Assembly (NCBI GenBank): GCA_051382295.1
Contig: JBBCAW010000154.1
Location: forward strand, 1 to 17,206
Reading direction: 5' to 3'
DNA length: 17,206 nt
Source: Bdellovibrionota bacterium FG-1
Lineage (GTDB): Bacteria; Bdellovibrionota; UBA1018
The translations under genes and the position numbers were made by a program. Below, piece by piece: positions 14,982 through 17,206 of the stretch. Numbering within the stretch: the first letter of the stretch is position 1; every line of letters starts with the position of its first letter. The notes beneath the pieces are model-generated. The model ran no database searches. It was not told the DNA's origin and was given only the letters and a program-made list of their open reading frames with translations.

Positions 14982-16891
14982 GCGGCACTCCTTTGCTGCG
15001 GCTGAACTTGCGGCAGCGGGTTGATTACGGAAACGGGATTGAGTTGAAGCGGTTTATGCTTGGCGATCAGGTCGGGTAACTCGAGGATGAGGGCAGGACG
15101 ACCATCTCCCAAAATAGCACTTCCAGAAAAACCCTTCAGGGCGCGATGTTCCTCACCCAGGCGTTTAATCACCACCTGGTGCTGACCAATGATGTCATCC
15201 ACCAAGATTGCGAACGGCTTTTCGTTGGTTCGGACGACGATGGCGATTGCGCCATGGGCCGGTTTGACCGTCCCCTTCTGCCCCAAAATGATGGAGAGAC
15301 GGTAAAGCGGGAGGTTTTCACCGCGTAGGCTGAAAATTTCACCGGCACCCGTTACAAAGTGAACATCCGCCACAGTGGGTTGAACGGACTCATGCACATG
15401 AGAAAGAGGTATGATGTATCTCTCAGTTCCTGAGCGAATGACCATTCCATCAACGATCGCAAGAGTGAGGGGCAAGCGAATTTTAAAGCAGGTCCCCTTG
15501 CCCAATTGGGTTTCAATACTAATATCGCCTTGCAGATGCTCAATATTGGTTCGAACGACATCCATGCCTACGCCACGGCCTGAAATATCCGTGACCTGGG
15601 CCTTAGTGGAGAACCCCGGTGCAAAAATAAGATGGTGAGCATCTTTTTCACTGAGTTGGGTGCCAGGTTTCAAGATCCCTTTTTGGATTGCTATATTCGT
15701 GAGTTTAACAGGATCCAACCCACCTCCATTGTCTCGGATCTCAATGACCAGACTGCCGCTCTGGTGGTAGGCATTCAACCAAACCGTGCCGGGTTCGGTT
15801 TTTCCGGCAGCTTGACGTTCCTCCGCGGATTCGACACCATGATCAACGGCGTTTCGAATGAGATGAACGAGAGGATCCCCGAGATTCTCAAGGACGGTCT
15901 TATCCACTTCGGTGTCTTCGCCCTGAAGAACGAGTTGAACTGACTTGCCCAGTGCTGACGAGGTGTCTCGCACGATTCGGGTCATCTTTTGAAAAGTCTG
16001 CTTGAGCGGCACCATCCGCAGGCTCATCGAAATGTCCTGCACTTCTTTGGTGACTTTTCCGAGTTGGTGAACAGCCTTTCGTAAGGTGGGATTACCTAAT
16101 GAGGCCTGCTCCCTTAAGACGGTTTGCATAATCACCAGTTCACCGACGAAGTTCATGAGTTTTTCGATACGATTTAGGCTCACTCGGATACTTTCGTCCG
16201 CGCTGGCGGCCGGATTGCCTGGTTTATTCGAGGCGGGTGGAGCGGCTGCCACAACCTTGGGTGGTTCAATCGATTGGACTGCCTCGGGCTGCGAGAAGGC
16301 CTGCATTTTTTGTTCTGTTTCGGCGGCCATCAGCGCAGTGACATCTTCCACGACGGGTTCTGCGCTTATTTCGGCCTGTGCTTCAAAAGATGCTTCATCG
16401 GGGATGCTAGCAGGAACAGCGGCATCCACCTCCATCATGACGGGTTCCGTGACTTCGACAGGCTCCGGCGACGGTGAGGCTTCCTGTGGGGCTGGGGCGC
16501 TCGCGCGGCCTTCCATTTGCGCGCGGATGTCGGCGAGAAGTTCTGTGCCATCGATTTTTGCGGCAAAATCTCCCTTAAGAGAATCAACCATTTTAGAAAT
16601 ATGGTCATTGCATCGAAGAAGTAGGCTAACGGAGCCCTGATGAATGGGGATTTCCTTGCTTTTCAATTTTAAGAGGTAGGACTCAAGCTCATGAGTGAAT
16701 TCGCCTAGTTGATCAAAACCAACCGCTTTGGCGCTGCCCTTGAGGTTATGAGCCAGTCTAAAAATCTTTTCCAGAATCGAAGCATCTTCGGGGGCGGTTT
16801 CAAGAGTCAAAAAACATTGTTCGGCGTCAGTAAGAAGCTGACTTGCCTCTTCCAAAAATCCATTTTTTAACTCTAGCTCAAAGTCATCCAT
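14978..16891 (-). CDS. cheA: Chemotaxis histidine kinase CheA (no P2 domain)
   Basis: HPt IFRLAHNLKG, dimerisation SIRV...LMNFVGELVI, HATPase HLIRNAVDHG / DNGGG / FAPGFST / SGRGVGMDVV / GKGT, and a C-terminal CheW-like domain. ATG 16891 has GGAGG at 16900-16904; the track's TTG 16927 sits at about the predicted transcription start. Confidence 0.97.
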   Translation of the reverse strand: MDDFELELKNGFLEEASQLLTDAEQCFLTLETAPEDASILEKIFRLAHNLKGSAKAVGFDQLGEFTHELESYLLKLKSKEIPIHQGSVSLLLRCNDHISKMVDSLKGDFAAKIDGTELLADIRAQMEGRASAPAPQEASPSPEPVEVTEPVMMEVDAAVPASIPDEASFEAQAEISAEPVVEDVTALMAAETEQKMQAFSQPEAVQSIEPPKVVAAAPPASNKPGNPAASADESIRVSLNRIEKLMNFVGELVIMQTVLREQASLGNPTLRKAVHQLGKVTKEVQDISMSLRMVPLKQTFQKMTRIVRDTSSALGKSVQLVLQGEDTEVDKTVLENLGDPLVHLIRNAVDHGVESAEERQAAGKTEPGTVWLNAYHQSGSLVIEIRDNGGGLDPVKLTNIAIQKGILKPGTQLSEKDAHHLIFAPGFSTKAQVTDISGRGVGMDVVRTNIEHLQGDISIETQLGKGTCFKIRLPLTLAIVDGMVIRSGTERYIIPLSHVHESVQPTVADVHFVTGAGEIFSLRGENLPLYRLSIILGQKGTVKPAHGAIAIVVRTNEKPFAILVDDIIGQHQVVIKRLGEEHRALKGFSGSAILGDGRPALILELPDLIAKHKPLQLNPVSVINPLPQVQPQQRSAA

Positions 16892-16931
16892 TGCCCGCGC
16901 CTCCGTGAATTGAAATTCAGCTGACAAGGTC

Positions 16932-16958
16932 TTGTCGGAAAACGTGGGTGAAAACTTA
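16932..16958 (-). promoter_or_regulatory. sigma28 (FliA)-type promoter of the che operon
   Basis: Minus strand reads TAAGTTTT-N11-TCCGACAA, against the sigma28 consensus TAAAGTTT-N11-GCCGATAA. Spacing is correct and the site is 40 nt upstream of the cheA ATG. Confidence 0.75.
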
Positions 16959-16983
16959 AGGTGTCTTTTTGGGAATAGGGAGA

Positions 16984-17013
16984 AACATCGCGCCCCCTGG
17001 GTGGGGTGATGTT
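16984..17013. terminator. GC-rich hairpin, possible terminator insulating the che promoter
   Basis: AACATC(GC)GCCCC-CTGGGT-GGGGTGATGTT: stem with a 2-nt bulge and one non-canonical pair. Only a short pyrimidine tail follows on the minus strand. Confidence 0.35.
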
Positions 17014-17052
17014 GAGAGCCGTAACGAGTTGGAATGATTGCTTATAGTACCT

Positions 17053-17108
17053 TCCAGCTATGGAGGGCGCCGTTGTTAGTTCCAGCTATGGAGGGCGCCG
17101 TTGTTAGT
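17053..17108. repeat. Perfect tandem direct repeat, 2 x 28 bp
   Basis: TCCAGCTATGGAGGGCGCCGTTGTTAGT at 17053-17080 and again at 17081-17108, with no spacer. Confidence 0.95.
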
Positions 17109-17128
17109 TTGACGGTTTAACGTCAAAC
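17107..17128. promoter_or_regulatory. Perfect inverted repeat; candidate operator or hairpin
   Basis: GTTTGACG-GTTTAA-CGTCAAAC: 8-bp arms and a 6-nt centre, abutting the tandem repeat. Confidence 0.4.
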
Positions 17129-17158
17129 CTATCCCTACGTGGTAGGAGACTGCTTTTA

Positions 17159-17206
17159 GTGACCCATCCCATGAACCCGACTATCCGTGATCTCAACCCC
17201 GTGAAA
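17159..17206 (+). CDS. Possible 5' end of a divergent gene truncated by the window edge
   Basis: AGGAG at 17144-17148, then GTG 17159 in frame with ATG 17171 (MTHPMNPTIRDLNPVK), open to the edge. Too short to be sure. Confidence 0.3.
   Translation, partial: MTHPMNPTIRDLNPVK

Noticed and set aside
16892..16927. N-terminal extension of CheA from TTG 16927
   Set aside because: It lies at about the predicted sigma28 transcription start with no RBS, whereas ATG 16891 has GGAGG at 8-nt spacing.
17029..17043. TTGGAATGATTGC as a sigma54 promoter
   Set aside because: GG-to-GC spacing is 7 nt rather than the required 10.
17053..17108. 28-bp repeat as a CRISPR array
   Set aside because: Only two copies, directly adjacent with no spacer, and no cas genes in the window.

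Overview
Gene-dense bacterial chromosomal window, roughly 50% GC by eye, with no mobile element, RNA gene or CRISPR array. The chemoreceptor hairpin variant FQTKLLSFNASVEAARAG, the secreted protein-glutaminase and several orphan secreted proteins suggest a Bdellovibrionota-like organism (inference). The right half holds a minus-strand chemotaxis operon, cheA-cheW-mcp-cheR-cheB, behind a good sigma28-type promoter, with no cheY. Both adaptation enzymes are unusual fusions: CheR carries a receiver plus a catalytically dead CheB-like domain, and CheB carries an N-terminal dead CheD-like domain. The middle has lepB, a secreted beta-rich protein and a secreted Cys-His-Asp protein-glutamine glutaminase. 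The left has the best candidate for an undescribed system, a minus-strand three-gene operon behind a near-consensus sigma70 promoter whose spacer is a 16-bp palindrome. It encodes (i) a ~1250-aa circularly permuted ATP-grasp ligase fused to a helical region, an HExxH metallopeptidase-like domain and a Gln-rich tail, (ii) a ~700-aa membrane-anchored unknown protein and (iii) a signal-peptide-bearing, probably outer-membrane protein that is absent from the ORF track and runs off the left edge. The right end is non-coding, with a perfect 28-bp tandem duplication and hairpins.
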